Assembly (NCBI GenBank): GCA_963677595.1
Contig: OY782041.1
Span: 3,008,001 to 3,072,000 of the forward strand
Direction of reading: 5' to 3'
DNA from: Spirochaetia bacterium
GTDB lineage: Bacteria > Spirochaetota > Spirochaetia > CAKZLE01
DNA: 64,000 nt
Within the stretch, counting starts at the first letter, position 1, and the number at the start of each line of letters is the position of its first letter. The notes beneath the pieces were generated by a model that was given only the letters and a program-made list of their open reading frames with translations, was not told the DNA's origin and made no database searches. The translations under genes and the position numbers were made by a program. Below, piece after piece: positions 9,904 to 19,399 of the stretch.

Positions 9904-11253
9904 TTATTGTATCAGAGCTATCTGTTCCTGCAACTGCTGATCGATATAATCGACAGCATCCTTTGAGCTTTCCATACCCAGTGCGACACTCTGCAGGGAT
10001 TCCCCAAAGAATGTAGTAGCTTCTATCTGTGAGGACAGCTGGCTGAGGCCGTTCTCCATGCCGTACCAGTACCAGTTGTTATTCTCGAAGGCATTGGTTA
10101 TCGAGTCTATCTGGTCCTGGAAGAGACTGACTTTCGGGTCCTGACGGTAGATCTCGAGACCGGAATAGATTGACGGGAAAGCGAACATCGGTCGCGAGAG
10201 ACCGCGTTCAGCAGCTCGTTCAGCGGTATAGAGTTTGGAAAGGAATTCTTTCTTGAGTGCGATCTTAGCTGCATCCCCGCTGTTGCTTGCCACGAACGCA
10301 TATCCGCTGCCGAAGGAGGCTGGCTTGTTACCGTACTGCCCCGGTAGGTCGAAGCATCCGATGTTCTCAAGCATCTCAGGATTGTTGTTCTGGGCCATCA
10401 GTATGACAGCTCCCATATCGAGCGTCATGGCAACCGTACCTTCAACCAGGGCATTCCGGTATTCGCTCCATGCCCATTCAAGAGATGACTTCGGCGATAC
10501 ATTGTGGTACAGGTCCATGATATAGTCCATGACCTCCACGGCCTTGGCTTTCTGAGAACCGAAGGTGTATGCGCCGGTGTTCGGGTCAACGGTCGTTACT
10601 CCGGCTGAATAGAGGAACTCGTAATAGGTCTGCGGTGCGACCTGAACGGCATTCAGCGGTACTGGGAACCCATATACGTCAATGTTCCCATCCCCGTCCT
10701 CATCGATACAGAGCTTCTCTGCTGCTGCCTTGAACTCAGCCCAGTTCTTCGGGATTTCGATGCCGTACTTGGCAAAGAGATCTTTTCGGTACCATACTGA
10801 TGTATGAAGGGCCCAGTCCGGTAATCCCCAGGTCTCCCCGTCGGCGTTCAGGACATGGAGATAGGATGCGATGAAATCATCCCGGCCAAGGTCGTCGATG
10901 ACATCGTCCACACTGGTGAGCATGTCCTGTGAGTAGAGGTATGCTGATCCGGCAAAGTTAGTGTGCATGATATCGGGGACTTCCCCGGACTCCACAGCAG
11001 TGGCGAGCTTGGTGTACATGTCCCCGAATGAGATGGTGACCATCTCGAAATCGACACCCATCTCCTCTGCCACTTCAGTGAACTGTTTCTTGAGGACGAC
11101 AGTCTGGGCATCAGCGGTCAGGTTCGTCCAGATGACGATCTTGTTGTCATCTTCTGCAGCGACTTGAGTGGCTTCTTCCTTGGTTCCGCCAGCAAATACG
11201 AGGGTACCTGCTGCAAGAAGCAGTACGATGAGTACAAACAACTTCTTTACCAT
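9904..11253 (-). CDS. Sugar ABC transporter substrate-binding protein
   Basis: Signal peptide + AGGTKE; VPDI and WYRKDLF motifs. Confidence 0.9.
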   Translation of the reverse strand: MVKKLFVLIVLLLAAGTLVFAGGTKEEATQVAAEDDNKIVIWTNLTADAQTVVLKKQFTEVAEEMGVDFEMVTISFGDMYTKLATAVESGEVPDIMHTNFAGSAYLYSQDMLTSVDDVIDDLGRDDFIASYLHVLNADGETWGLPDWALHTSVWYRKDLFAKYGIEIPKNWAEFKAAAEKLCIDEDGDGNIDVYGFPVPLNAVQVAPQTYYEFLYSAGVTTVDPNTGAYTFGSQKAKAVEVMDYIMDLYHNVSPKSSLEWAWSEYRNALVEGTVAMTLDMGAVILMAQNNNPEMLENIGCFDLPGQYGNKPASFGSGYAFVASNSGDAAKIALKKEFLSKLYTAERAAERGLSRPMFAFPSIYSGLEIYRQDPKVSLFQDQIDSITNAFENNNWYWYGMENGLSQLSSQIEATTFFGESLQSVALGMESSKDAVDYIDQQLQEQIALIQ

Positions 11254-11346
11254 AAAATTTCTCCTTTTTAGGTCTTTTCAGACCTGTGAAATCATATCTC
11301 AATCGTTGGTGCATCTGTGAGACAGGTCGCCAACGACGGGATCCAT

Positions 11347-12693
11347 CTAGATGATCGCGTTCTGGGCCTTCAGCGTCTCCTGAAGCTGGGCTATGTCGAT
11401 ATCCCTGGGGGAGACTCCCCGTTTGGATGCGAGCGATGCAGCGATCCCTGCTGCCTCCCCCATAGCCATGCACTGCGGCATGCATCGGATGCAGTTGGCG
11501 ACTGGAGCCTCGTATGAGACACAGCGGCCGGCGACCAGCAATCCGTCCTTGCCTTTCGGGATCATGCATCGATAGGGGATCGTCATCGATTTACCAGGTT
11601 CGAGGTTGTAGACGTACATCGTGATGCCGTCCGGGGTGTGGGCACCGGCAGGCATGGCTCCTCGTCCGATACTGTCCTCGAATTCACGAGCAGCATTGAA
11701 GTCGTCAAGGGTCACCTTGTAGTCGCCGATGATTCGGCGGCTCTCACGTACTCCGAGCAGGCTGGCAATGGCGGCAAGATAGGCGTTCTCGAACCCCGGT
11801 ACGTACTTCCTGAATGCTTCCGACATATCGTATAAGCATTTCTGGGAGAACGCTTCCTGCTCAGTCCTTGACTCAAACCCCTCGGTGCTGTGGGCCTCGA
11901 TCGCCCCGGAGCAGTTGATGATCACTTCACCGGGATTCGGTGTTGAGGTGAAGATGCCCAGCCAATTTCGCAGGTATTCGAGATCCGGGGGGAGTTCCAC
12001 GTCCTCGAGCTCGTCATGCAGCCCGAAATGCATGAAACCAGGGAAGGTCTTGAATTCCCGCCATGCTGGAGGAACATGGTGATCAGCTACCGGCGGATGG
12101 GTCTTGTAGTATTCCTTGACCCTGTCCAGGTCGACGCCTGACATCTTTCCCATCAGGGTCATCGGCTGGATGTCTTTCTTCTCCCGTATCTCGAAGGGCG
12201 CGCCTGCTTTCTCGGCTACAACGGCATCCCCTGAACAATCGATGACGACATCAGCGGTGATCTCCATGAGGGTAGTTCCTGAGAGTACGGTAAGACCTGT
12301 GACTGTATCACCCTCAGTGATAGCATCAACGATGGATGTGTCGAGGTAGACTGAGAGATTTGGCTCCTTAGCTACCAGTTCATCCAAGACGACCTTGGCG
12401 ACTTCCGTGTCATACAGGTAGCAGACATCTGTTTCCTGGTTCTCAATAACCATGGCTCCCCGTGCAGTGAGGATGTCCTTCACCTCCCAGGCGATACCCT
12501 TGACGATGACTTTTTCCTTGTCACTGAACCCTACCCAGGCTCCCTGCATCCCTGCTGTGAATTGCCCGCCAAGGCATCGCTGCTTCTCGACGATGAGTGT
12601 CTTTGCTCCGTTCCTTGCCGCAGCCAATCCTGCGATGATACCGGCAGTGCCTCCGCCGGCTACAAGAACTTCGACCTTTCCCTGTTTCATCAT
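11347..12693 (-). CDS. FAD-dependent oxidoreductase (FAD_oxidored, PF12831-like)
   Basis: VAGGGTAG Rossmann motif, IDCSGD, GVRESRRI, IPYRC, LLVAGRC. Confidence 0.88.
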   Translation of the reverse strand: MMKQGKVEVLVAGGGTAGIIAGLAAARNGAKTLIVEKQRCLGGQFTAGMQGAWVGFSDKEKVIVKGIAWEVKDILTARGAMVIENQETDVCYLYDTEVAKVVLDELVAKEPNLSVYLDTSIVDAITEGDTVTGLTVLSGTTLMEITADVVIDCSGDAVVAEKAGAPFEIREKKDIQPMTLMGKMSGVDLDRVKEYYKTHPPVADHHVPPAWREFKTFPGFMHFGLHDELEDVELPPDLEYLRNWLGIFTSTPNPGEVIINCSGAIEAHSTEGFESRTEQEAFSQKCLYDMSEAFRKYVPGFENAYLAAIASLLGVRESRRIIGDYKVTLDDFNAAREFEDSIGRGAMPAGAHTPDGITMYVYNLEPGKSMTIPYRCMIPKGKDGLLVAGRCVSYEAPVANCIRCMPQCMAMGEAAGIAASLASKRGVSPRDIDIAQLQETLKAQNAII

Positions 12694-12707
12694 ACTACTC
12701 CTTCTTC

Positions 12708-13628
12708 TTAACCAAGATACCCGTATTCTTTCAGTACAGCTTTCAATGTGTCCATCACGTCAGACGGGAGCTCGGAGATGACGGGCTTCCTGCAGTATCC
12801 TGCATCAACGCCACGGAGCTTCAGTCCTTCCTTGATGATCTGGAGCCATGGGGTAGGCATACCGTCAGCAGTCGGTTTGGTGAAGAGCGGCAGGTACGGT
12901 CTGACTTTATCGAAATGTGCCTGCATGGCCTCTTCCATCTTTCGAGCTTTTGCTACATGATACACCTCAGTGTTCTCTTTCGGAAAGAGGTTTCCTGTTC
13001 CGCAGACCCATCCGTCTGCCCAGCATGCAAGGCTCTCTACCGGACATACATCGTAGCCGTAGAAGATCCCGAAATTATCATCGGTCAGATACCTGAGATC
13101 CTGCTGCCGGTAGACATCCGCCTGTCGTTCCTTGACTGCATCGATGAACCCTTCATTGTAGAGCTTGGCCATGAACTCATCGGACATGAGACAGGTCGAG
13201 TAGTAGGGGTTGTGATAGACCATGATGGGGATATCGATCGCCTTCCTGATCGTCTCGTAGTGGAGAAGCAGCTCGTTCTCGTTGGGAGCCATGTACCAGG
13301 GAGTTACGGCCATGATACCGTCAGCGCCAGCACTCTCTGCAGCTTTTGACATCTCGACAACATCTTTGGTGCGGTATGCGCCGGTCGAGCATACGACCTT
13401 GATCCGTCCTGCTGCTGCCTTGACGGTAGCTTCGTTGACAGCCATCTGTTCGGCTGGCGTCATGGCTACCATCTCTCCGGTACTTCCTGAGGGGATGACG
13501 CCGGTGACGCCGTTATCAACAAGGAAGTCGGTACATTCCTTGATGCCGTTGAAGTTGATTGACTCATCCGCATTGAACGGTGTCACCATCGGGATGTAGA
13601 TACCATCCAGTTTTTCTCGTTTTCCCAT
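12708..13628 (-). CDS. DHDPS/N-acetylneuraminate lyase family aldolase/dehydratase
   Basis: MVTPF, GSTGE, VYHNP and Schiff-base Lys in AVKER. Confidence 0.88.
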   Translation of the reverse strand: MGKREKLDGIYIPMVTPFNADESINFNGIKECTDFLVDNGVTGVIPSGSTGEMVAMTPAEQMAVNEATVKAAAGRIKVVCSTGAYRTKDVVEMSKAAESAGADGIMAVTPWYMAPNENELLLHYETIRKAIDIPIMVYHNPYYSTCLMSDEFMAKLYNEGFIDAVKERQADVYRQQDLRYLTDDNFGIFYGYDVCPVESLACWADGWVCGTGNLFPKENTEVYHVAKARKMEEAMQAHFDKVRPYLPLFTKPTADGMPTPWLQIIKEGLKLRGVDAGYCRKPVISELPSDVMDTLKAVLKEYGYLG

Positions 13629-13666
13629 TGCAGTTACTCCTTATCCTATTCAATAAAAAATAATTT

Positions 13667-14012
13667 GGAATAGCTATTCCTAAAAACTAGTAAAACACGA
13701 TTTATGGTGCTTGTCAATAACAAATTCAGAAAAGTGTATAGTGGTTCCTGCCATACGCCTGGTATGTTGAAATATGGGGAGATAGCAATCAAAATATTGT
13801 AATATAGATAAATAGAATGAAATCGCACAAATTCCCCATTCTTATGTAAAATAGTGGTTCTGTAATTTTCAGCCCCATAACGTAAGAAAATAGGAATAAG
13901 CATTCCAAAATAATAGGAAACAATATTTTTGTGTGAGTGTTACGGTTGACAACTGGAATAAAATGCATTAGATTTCGTATTATGAAGAACTGGAATATGA
14001 AATAAGCATTCC
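13667..14012. promoter_or_regulatory. Three putative IclR operator boxes in the divergent promoter region
   Basis: GGAATAGCTATTCC (13667-13680, perfect palindrome), GGAATAAGCATTCC (13893-13906), GAAATAAGCATTCC (13999-14012). Confidence 0.6.
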
Positions 14013-14048
14013 AGTTCTGATTCCCAAGCTTGGGAGAAGGCAGGAGCG

Positions 14049-14837
14049 ATGGCTAAGAAAACAGAAGATCAGAGTCCGGATATCATCAAGATGGTGGATC
14101 GTGCGCTGCAGGTCCTCGATATCCTTCGTTTGACGAGGGAGGGGATCGGGGTGAATGCGATCGCTAAACAATGCGAGATTAACCCATCGACCGCATTCCG
14201 TATTCTGAAAACACTCGAGATTAACGGTTGGGTGTTTCAGATGGGCGATGGCCGGTATATCTCCGGCGAGAAATTGAGCTTCGTTCTGGGGAAGGATAAT
14301 CTCTACCTGGCATTGAAGGAAGTCTCTTCCCTTGTGATGGAGAAGTATACCCATGAATATGATAAGGCGATGAACCTCATCGTAAGGGAAGGAGCGCATT
14401 GCTTCATCATGCAGCAGTCCAGGACGAAGAGCCTGGTTGACTATATTGCGCCGCTCTACTCGGAGCTCCCGTTCTATGCCTGTGCCGGTGGAAAAATCCT
14501 TTTATCCGAACTGCCGATCAATCACGCTGATATGATCATACACTCACGGGAGATGACTCCTCTCACGAAACGGACGATCACCGATCCCGACCAGTTCTGG
14601 CAGGAGCTGAGAACTGTCGCGAAACAGGGGTATGCGTTTGACCATAAGGAGAGTTCGGAGAACGGGAGCTGTATCTCCGTTGCTGTCCGTGACAGTAAGG
14701 GTTCAGCCATTGCCGCTGTCTCCTTCAGCGGGTTCATCGGGATCGAAGATATGGATGAGCTCCTGAAGTACCTCCCGGCCTTGAAAGATGCGTCCATGGA
14801 GATATCGAAGAGTCTGTACGCCTGTTGGGAAGGCTGA
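14049..14837 (+). CDS. IclR-family transcriptional regulator
   Basis: VDRALQVLD...STAFRILKTL wHTH; CAGGKILL and GYAFD effector-domain motifs. Confidence 0.9.
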   Translation: MAKKTEDQSPDIIKMVDRALQVLDILRLTREGIGVNAIAKQCEINPSTAFRILKTLEINGWVFQMGDGRYISGEKLSFVLGKDNLYLALKEVSSLVMEKYTHEYDKAMNLIVREGAHCFIMQQSRTKSLVDYIAPLYSELPFYACAGGKILLSELPINHADMIIHSREMTPLTKRTITDPDQFWQELRTVAKQGYAFDHKESSENGSCISVAVRDSKGSAIAAVSFSGFIGIEDMDELLKYLPALKDASMEISKSLYACWEG

Positions 14838-14846
14838 AAGGAACAA

Positions 14847-15015
14847 TCAGTACAGGAATCCGAAGAGCCAGAGGGGGATGGTCCTCCCATGCCCGTACTC
14901 TATCGAGTCTGCGGCGATATAGGCATCAGCGATTCCTAAGAAACCGTAGATTCGAGATTCCGGATGAAATCAGGTTTTAGATATGTCTCAAAGACCGTTC
15001 GATCAATCTTTCCAT
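14847..15015 (-). pseudogene. Internally deleted AAA-family ATPase remnant (ends only)
   Basis: Minus strand reads MERLIERSLRHI*..PDFIRNLESTVS* then GIADAYIAADSIEYGHGRTIPLWLFGFLY*, resembling the N- and C-termini of ~400-aa AAA_14-type ATPases. Confidence 0.7.
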
Positions 15016-15178
15016 ACTATATTTTACAATACGGCTGATAAGTTGCTAAGTATAGTTAACAAATAATAGGCATTTATGATATCTGTAGTTACCATTTATG
15101 CTGGGGTTGATGGGTTAAGAAGGATCATGAAGGACCTGATCGGTGAAATGTATGGTTCTCCGTTGAGGAGTGCGTGGA

Positions 15179-16426
15179 TCAGGTCGTTAGCACACCCAAT
15201 GGTATGACATTGATGCCGTCTTTACGCTGATAGGCAAATCCATTGGCTGTGATGATACAAAGGGCAGCTGGAGGCCCTATGCGGCTTTGGTCTACTCTTT
15301 GTGCAAAGGTGAGCAGATTGGCTGCTGCCGTTTCCTGGGCCCGCATACCCATCTTCACTTCGAAGGCGGCCCATCTGCCATCGGGGTATTCTATGACTGC
15401 ATCGACTTCCAGGCCACTTGAGTCACGGTAGTGAAAGACATTCCCCCCATGCAGCTCTGCATAGATTCGGAGATCGCGAATGACGAGTGATTCGAAGAGG
15501 AAGCCCAGGTACTGCAGGTCCTTCCCGAGCTTCTCGATTGATAACCCTAATGCCCCGACAGCCAGTGATGGGTCTACAAAGAAACGCTTTGGGCTCTTCC
15601 TCAGCGTGCTGCTTCCCCGGATATGAGTACTCCAGGCAGGCAACTGCTCAAGGATACGCAGTCGTTCAAGGGCCTGGATATAATCTGCGGCTGTCTCATC
15701 GGTCAGGAATCCGTCTGACCCATTCACATCCTTTACCAGTGTTGCCAATGATGCCTCTGTCGCTATATTCCTGGCAAGGGACTGCAGGAGTCTTCGGACC
15801 TTCATTGGATCACGGGTCTTCCCGGAGGCCTTGTTGATGTCTGCTTCAGCCGTCAGGCTGATATAATCCCGGCTGAACTGCAGCCCTGTTACGGCATCAG
15901 CATCGATCAGCCCGGGCCAGCCTCCCAGAACGATCTGTTCGATCAGGGTTTCGAGTCTGAAGGGCAGTTCCCTTGATCGGGGTATATCTCCCTGCATCAC
16001 GGATTCCATGCTCACTTCCCCGGTTGACCATCCCCGCTCAGCAAGTGACATCGGGCGCATATCGACGATGGAAAAGCGCCCTGCACCAGAATGGAGTCGA
16101 GCCGCATTGTGGACCGAAGATGAACCAGTCAGGATGAACTGTCCCTTCTGTTTTCGCTCGTCTACCTCATGCCTCACGAAGTTCCAGATCTCGGGGTATT
16201 CCTGCCACTCATCGATCACTCTTGGAGTATCACCGGCCAGGACCATCCTGGGATCCAGTTCCATCTGCAGTCTCACGATATCATCGGTATCCATCCTGGC
16301 GATACTCCCTGCAGCCTGAAGGGCCGTCTCAGTCTTTCCGCAGCCTTTTGCTCCTCGTATGAGGACGGCTCCTGAGACTGTCAGCCTGTTCTGTAGTATG
16401 GTATCAGTGACTCTCGGCATATACAT
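15179..16426 (-). CDS. AAA_14 ATPase with DUF4143 (PD-(D/E)xK-like) domain
   Basis: GAKGCGKT Walker A, IDEWQ, FILTGS, SGAGR, EVDAVIE..AFEVK; likely ATG at 16426 after GGAG. Confidence 0.9.
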   Translation of the reverse strand: MYMPRVTDTILQNRLTVSGAVLIRGAKGCGKTETALQAAGSIARMDTDDIVRLQMELDPRMVLAGDTPRVIDEWQEYPEIWNFVRHEVDERKQKGQFILTGSSSVHNAARLHSGAGRFSIVDMRPMSLAERGWSTGEVSMESVMQGDIPRSRELPFRLETLIEQIVLGGWPGLIDADAVTGLQFSRDYISLTAEADINKASGKTRDPMKVRRLLQSLARNIATEASLATLVKDVNGSDGFLTDETAADYIQALERLRILEQLPAWSTHIRGSSTLRKSPKRFFVDPSLAVGALGLSIEKLGKDLQYLGFLFESLVIRDLRIYAELHGGNVFHYRDSSGLEVDAVIEYPDGRWAAFEVKMGMRAQETAAANLLTFAQRVDQSRIGPPAALCIITANGFAYQRKDGINVIPLGVLTT

Positions 16427-16460
16427 GGTTATCTTCTCCAATAGCTATCATACCATGTAT

Positions 16461-16540
16461 TCGGTGAAATGGGAAGTTTTCATTCGGTGAAATAGAAGAT
16501 TTATAATCGGTGAAATAGAAGATTTACAATCGGTGTAAGG
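16461..16540. repeat. 23-bp tandem repeat (~3.5 copies) over the AAA_14 gene promoter
   Basis: TCGGTG(A/T)AA units start at 16461, 16484, 16507, 16530; single extra copy TCGGTGAAAT at 15140. Confidence 0.85.
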
Positions 16541-16608
16541 TTTTTTTCAAGGTTCATTGGATGGGTATGGGTCCACCGGAAAGTTTGGTATAATGATGTG
16601 TAGAACAT

Positions 16609-16995
16609 GTGAACGAATATGTTAGTTGGGGATCAAGTGAGATTATGATGGAAATTGAGAAGATCAGTGGTAACATCCTCTATTATCTGCAGCAGAAGGG
16701 GATGGCTCAGGTTGACCTGGCTAACGGGTTACATACCTCAACGCACGTCGTGAATAAGATGGTACACGGAAAGAAAGCCTTGAAGATACAGGAATTGGAC
16801 TCCATAGCTGCATGTCTTGGTATCTCACTGGATGAGCTCATAAACCGTGAGCATCACCATACCGAGGAGCGTTTGGAGGTAGCACAGCTGTCTGAAGCCA
16901 TTGGGAATCCTGAGACAGCTGCGTTCATCATGACATTGGTCAGTAACCTGTCCGAGATGGAAACGGAATTGGCTGCACATGGATTACGCATATAA
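16609..16995 (+). CDS. XRE-family HTH protein, no partner gene
   Basis: KGMAQVDLANGL..VVNKMVHGKK..ELDSIAACLGISLDEL; real start probably ATG ~16645. Confidence 0.75.
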   Translation: MNEYVSWGSSEIMMEIEKISGNILYYLQQKGMAQVDLANGLHTSTHVVNKMVHGKKALKIQELDSIAACLGISLDELINREHHHTEERLEVAQLSEAIGNPETAAFIMTLVSNLSEMETELAAHGLRI

Positions 16996-17071
16996 GGACC
17001 TGGGTGAGGATATCTTGACCTGGATACGGAAAGAGATCCCTTGATCAAGCGCAGTTGTGCTCAGATGCCTG

Positions 17072-17386
17072 TTATACGGGTTGCTGGTTCTTTGTTACCT
17101 CAATCAAGAGTTCACAATCCAGGGCACAGGAGAACAGCGCAAGGGTCTGTATGGTGAAGTTTCGTTTCTCATTGAGGATCTTTGAGACATACTGCCTGGA
17201 CCTTTCGATCCTCTTAGCGAGCTCGTTCTGGTTGACCCCGGACTCTTCCATGACCTGAAGGATCCTCTGGACCACATACCCGTTGTAGTAATCAGCGACG
17301 ATCTCGGCTGTCTTTCCCGGATCGATCAGTTCCCGGTCCGCAATGATCTCAAGCAATGTATCAGTTACAGCAGTATTGTAGTCCAT
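17072..17386 (-). CDS. XRE/HTH_3 protein, HigA-like antitoxin, orphan
   Basis: VNQNELAKRIERSRQYVSKILNEKRNFTIQTL; GAGGAGG RBS; same RNFTIxTL motif as 7590-7946. Confidence 0.78.
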   Translation of the reverse strand: MDYNTAVTDTLLEIIADRELIDPGKTAEIVADYYNGYVVQRILQVMEESGVNQNELAKRIERSRQYVSKILNEKRNFTIQTLALFSCALDCELLIEVTKNQQPV

Positions 17387-17430
17387 AGCCGCTGCCTCCT
17401 CATCTTCTTTGGGTTCCCGTGTGTAACAAG

Positions 17431-17473
17431 ATGGTAGCTTGGGGAGGTGTGAATGTCAACCTATAGGTTGACA
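17431..17473 (-). promoter_or_regulatory. Promoter with perfect 20-bp palindromic operator
   Basis: Minus-strand TTGACA-N17-TACCAT; TGTCAACCTATAGGTTGACA at 17454-17473 overlaps the -35. Confidence 0.7.
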
Positions 17474-17599
17474 GATTGGTTTGTTCATCAGAACAGCTTC
17501 CTGTACGAACGTATGGGGTTTGTTCAGGTTGTTATATGTTTTGCATGTCTGTTTTATTTTCCCGTAACATGGTAGTATGATTGTCATTGATAAGGAAAG

Positions 17600-18847
17600 A
17601 TGATTATGAGATTCAGAATAAAGAACTTTGGTCCAATCCAGGATGGATTCCCGCAAGATGAGTTTATGGATATTTCTGGAGTCACCCTGTTCATCGGGAG
17701 TCAGGGTGCGGGTAAGAGTACTGTAGCAAAAGCTTTATCAACGATGATATGGATCGAGAAGGCTCTCGTTCGAAAAGATTTCACCAGCAAGGAACTACAG
17801 CTGCCGGGCAGGTTCAAGGCTCACTTCGCATTTCATAAGATCAAGTCCTATTTCAATGCTGATTCTGAGATAGAGTATATAGGGTCGGTCTATAGAATTG
17901 CATACCTTGGTGAGGGAAACCTCGCCATCGAAAGACTTCATACACCCGAAGGGGATACTATACATATCCCTAAGATCATGTATGTCCCTTCTGAGAGGAA
18001 TTTCCTGAGTGTAGTACCTAAGCCCAGTATGGTGAATGACCTTCCCCCTTCTTTCGCAGTCTTCTTGGATGAATATGAGAAAGCAAAACGGGAGCTGACT
18101 GGTGAGATCGGACTTCCTGTAGCTGCTTCAGCCTTTTCCTATGATAAGCTCAATGACACCTCATGGGTCATACGAAAGGGGAATAAGACACGGCTTTCTG
18201 AGGCTTCCAGCGGGTATCAGTCGATTGTTCCTCTGTACCTGGTGAGCAGTTATCTGGCAAAGCAATTATCCCAAAAGAGGGATCAAGGCTATAAAGAAGA
18301 GTTGTTGGGTGATTATCAGCTTTCGAATGAGAACCTGGTTAAGCTTCGAAAAGAGATAAACCAACTGATCTCAAATACGAATATAGATAACAATGTTCTC
18401 ATCGCTATGCTGAACAATGCAGTCTCCACGTATCGACCCTCATATTTCATAAACATCGTCGAAGAACCGGAACAGAACTTATTTCCTGATTCACAACTCA
18501 GGATTTTCTTCGAACTGCTGTCTCATGTAAACTTGAACGATAAGAATATGTTGATTGTCACGACGCATAGCCCGTATCTGATCAATGCACTTTCTCTGGC
18601 TGTTGCTTGCCGAAATATTGATATTAACAAGCTTTCTGAGGATGAGAAAGTTGAATTGGGGACAATAGTTCCTTATGCATCATGGATCGATCCTGAAGCG
18701 TTCCTGATCTATAAGCTTGATAATGACGGGAATATATCCCTGTTGGAGAATTATGCAGGCTTGCCGTCTGATGAGAACTACCTGAATGAATTCCTGGGTG
18801 ATTTTAACGATTCATTCAGCCGCATCTTAGAACTTGGAGACAGGTAA
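17600..18847 (+). CDS. ABC-type ATPase (AAA_15/AAA_21 family)
   Basis: GSQGAGKS Walker A, ASSGYQ signature, IVEEPEQNL Walker B, TTHSP H-loop. Confidence 0.88.
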   Translation: MIMRFRIKNFGPIQDGFPQDEFMDISGVTLFIGSQGAGKSTVAKALSTMIWIEKALVRKDFTSKELQLPGRFKAHFAFHKIKSYFNADSEIEYIGSVYRIAYLGEGNLAIERLHTPEGDTIHIPKIMYVPSERNFLSVVPKPSMVNDLPPSFAVFLDEYEKAKRELTGEIGLPVAASAFSYDKLNDTSWVIRKGNKTRLSEASSGYQSIVPLYLVSSYLAKQLSQKRDQGYKEELLGDYQLSNENLVKLRKEINQLISNTNIDNNVLIAMLNNAVSTYRPSYFINIVEEPEQNLFPDSQLRIFFELLSHVNLNDKNMLIVTTHSPYLINALSLAVACRNIDINKLSEDEKVELGTIVPYASWIDPEAFLIYKLDNDGNISLLENYAGLPSDENYLNEFLGDFNDSFSRILELGDR

Positions 18848-19359
18848 TGGCAGGAATCAACTTCTTGGATTTTGCGTCTGATGACAATATTATTCATGAA
18901 AAAGAATTCGGCATCTGTGATGATGCTGATGAATCTCCATCGTATTACTCCACAAACCAGATCCGTGATCACTGGGTCGCGACTGTCTCGAATCCTGGGA
19001 CCAAGGCTATCCAGTTCTTGCCAGTTGATAAGCATATCCCCCTTAGACGCCTTGATGGAACAGATGCTAAACGCTGTGATGCGATGTTGTTATCTTTCCC
19101 CCACCATACGAAAGAATCAGTTGTGTTCATCGAGTTGAAAGAAGAGAGGACTTCGAATAACAAACGGGCTATCGAGCAGCTTGATGAGACGATAGCTATG
19201 TTCAAGGCATACCATCTGCTTGATGCATACAAGAAGCGTGTTGCATATGTCGTGAATAGGAGGCATCCGAAGGTTCATAATTCTACCCGTAAGGAGATCA
19301 TAGATTTCAGGACTAACCATAGAATCAGGCTTATATTCTCAGCGAATGTGATCTTCTGA
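18847..19359 (+). CDS. Putative PD-(D/E)xK nuclease coupled to the ATPase
   Basis: TAATG stop/start overlap; RCDAML...VFIELKE...AIEQLDET motif spacing. Confidence 0.6.
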   Translation: MAGINFLDFASDDNIIHEKEFGICDDADESPSYYSTNQIRDHWVATVSNPGTKAIQFLPVDKHIPLRRLDGTDAKRCDAMLLSFPHHTKESVVFIELKEERTSNNKRAIEQLDETIAMFKAYHLLDAYKKRVAYVVNRRHPKVHNSTRKEIIDFRTNHRIRLIFSANVIF

Positions 19360-19399
19360 TAGTATCCCTATACAGAGGTCATTCAAACCGAGTCGTTGT

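Noticed and set aside
16461-16540. Mini CRISPR array
   Set aside because: Units are contiguous 23-bp tandem repeats without unique spacers, and no cas genes are present
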